A stretch of 20,000 nt of DNA, from positions 1,143,265-1,163,264 of the forward strand of contig MU054220.1 of assembly GCA_013239625.1 (NCBI GenBank), given 5' to 3'. This DNA is from Lama guanicoe (lineage: Eukaryota). The notes under the pieces are model-generated. The model was not told the DNA's origin, searched no databases, and saw only the letters and a list, made by a program, of their open reading frames with translations. The first letter of the stretch is position 1. Each line of letters starts with the position of its first letter. Shown in pieces: positions 19,569 to 20,000 of the stretch. The translations under genes were made by a program, and so were the position numbers.

Positions 19569-20000
19569 GATGCAGAGGCAAGATGGCGGAGTAGAAGGAC
19601 GCTCATAAGTCACCCTCTCCCACAAATACACCAAGACCCACATCTACAGACCCACTCAGCCAACCAGAGCACCTGCGGAACTCCGACAGAACATCGCCCT
19701 CTTCAAAAGATAAAGACGCCAAAAATCTGGTAGGAGAAAAGGAAAAAAGAAAGAACAAAAGGCAAAGCAGCGCGGGACGGGTCCCGCGGGGAGGGAGCGG
19801 CAAAGGAGGACTGGCGCTCGCTCGCTGGGTCTCCCCTCTCCAACTGAGAGGCCAGCGGGACGGAGGGGGAGCCTCCGAGGCTCGGATCTGTACAGAGCAG
19901 CCCTTGTCTGACAGAACTAAGTTAAACGGGCACAGAGCGTCCCCCCGACACCCAGCCTGAGACGCGGGCCGGCAGCGGCGGGCAGGGCCAGGCTGCACAA
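19569..20000 (+). mobile_element. 5' end (5'UTR/internal promoter) of a young, possibly full-length L1, running off the window
   Basis: YY1-type motif CAAGATGGCGG at 19579-19589 followed by AGTAGAAGGACG...CCCACAAATACACCAA, typical of laurasiatherian L1 5' ends. About 27 CpGs in about 430 bp by manual count. L1 endonuclease-like TT|AAGAAA at 19552-19559 just upstream. Confidence 0.85.

Noticed and set aside
19603..19998. 131-aa antisense ORF in the L1 5'UTR (ORF0-like) or a host CpG-island promoter
   Set aside because: It starts at GTG at the window edge in GC-rich sequence where stops are rare, and ORF0 is described for primate L1. The CpG density is explained by a young L1 promoter.
1..20000. 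CRISPR array, operon or other novel prokaryote-type system
   Set aside because: The sequence is mammalian; there are no regularly spaced repeats or unexplained long ORFs.

Overview
Mammalian, AT-rich, repeat-dense genomic DNA from an olfactory receptor (OR) cluster. A tRNA-Ala-derived SINE resembling the camelid Vic-1 type suggests a camelid. Two intact single-coding-exon class II OR genes of family 4 lie in tandem on the minus strand: OR4X2-like (8376-9305) and OR4B1-like (13301-14230), both 309 aa. Each has a splice acceptor about 40 nt upstream of its ATG. The rest is mostly transposon-derived: young and old L1 pieces (a nested stack at 4.2-5.75 kb and a CpG-rich L1 5' end at the right edge), L2, MIR, MER20, MER58B, a Tigger1 end, ERV1/MER41-like LTRs and microsatellites. 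I see no evidence of a novel multi-gene biological system. The most interesting signals are small retrotransposition events: (i) a 16-bp TSD-flanked, polyadenylated copy of already ancient L1+MIR sequence at 16439-16787, (ii) an LTR fragment ending in poly(A) just after its AATAAA, and (iii) a possible micro 3' transduction. Also notable are an overlapping uORF at OR4B1 and substitutions in conserved motifs of the OR4X2-like protein. Gene and repeat names come from recalled sequences, not database searches, and the boundaries of old repeats are approximate.
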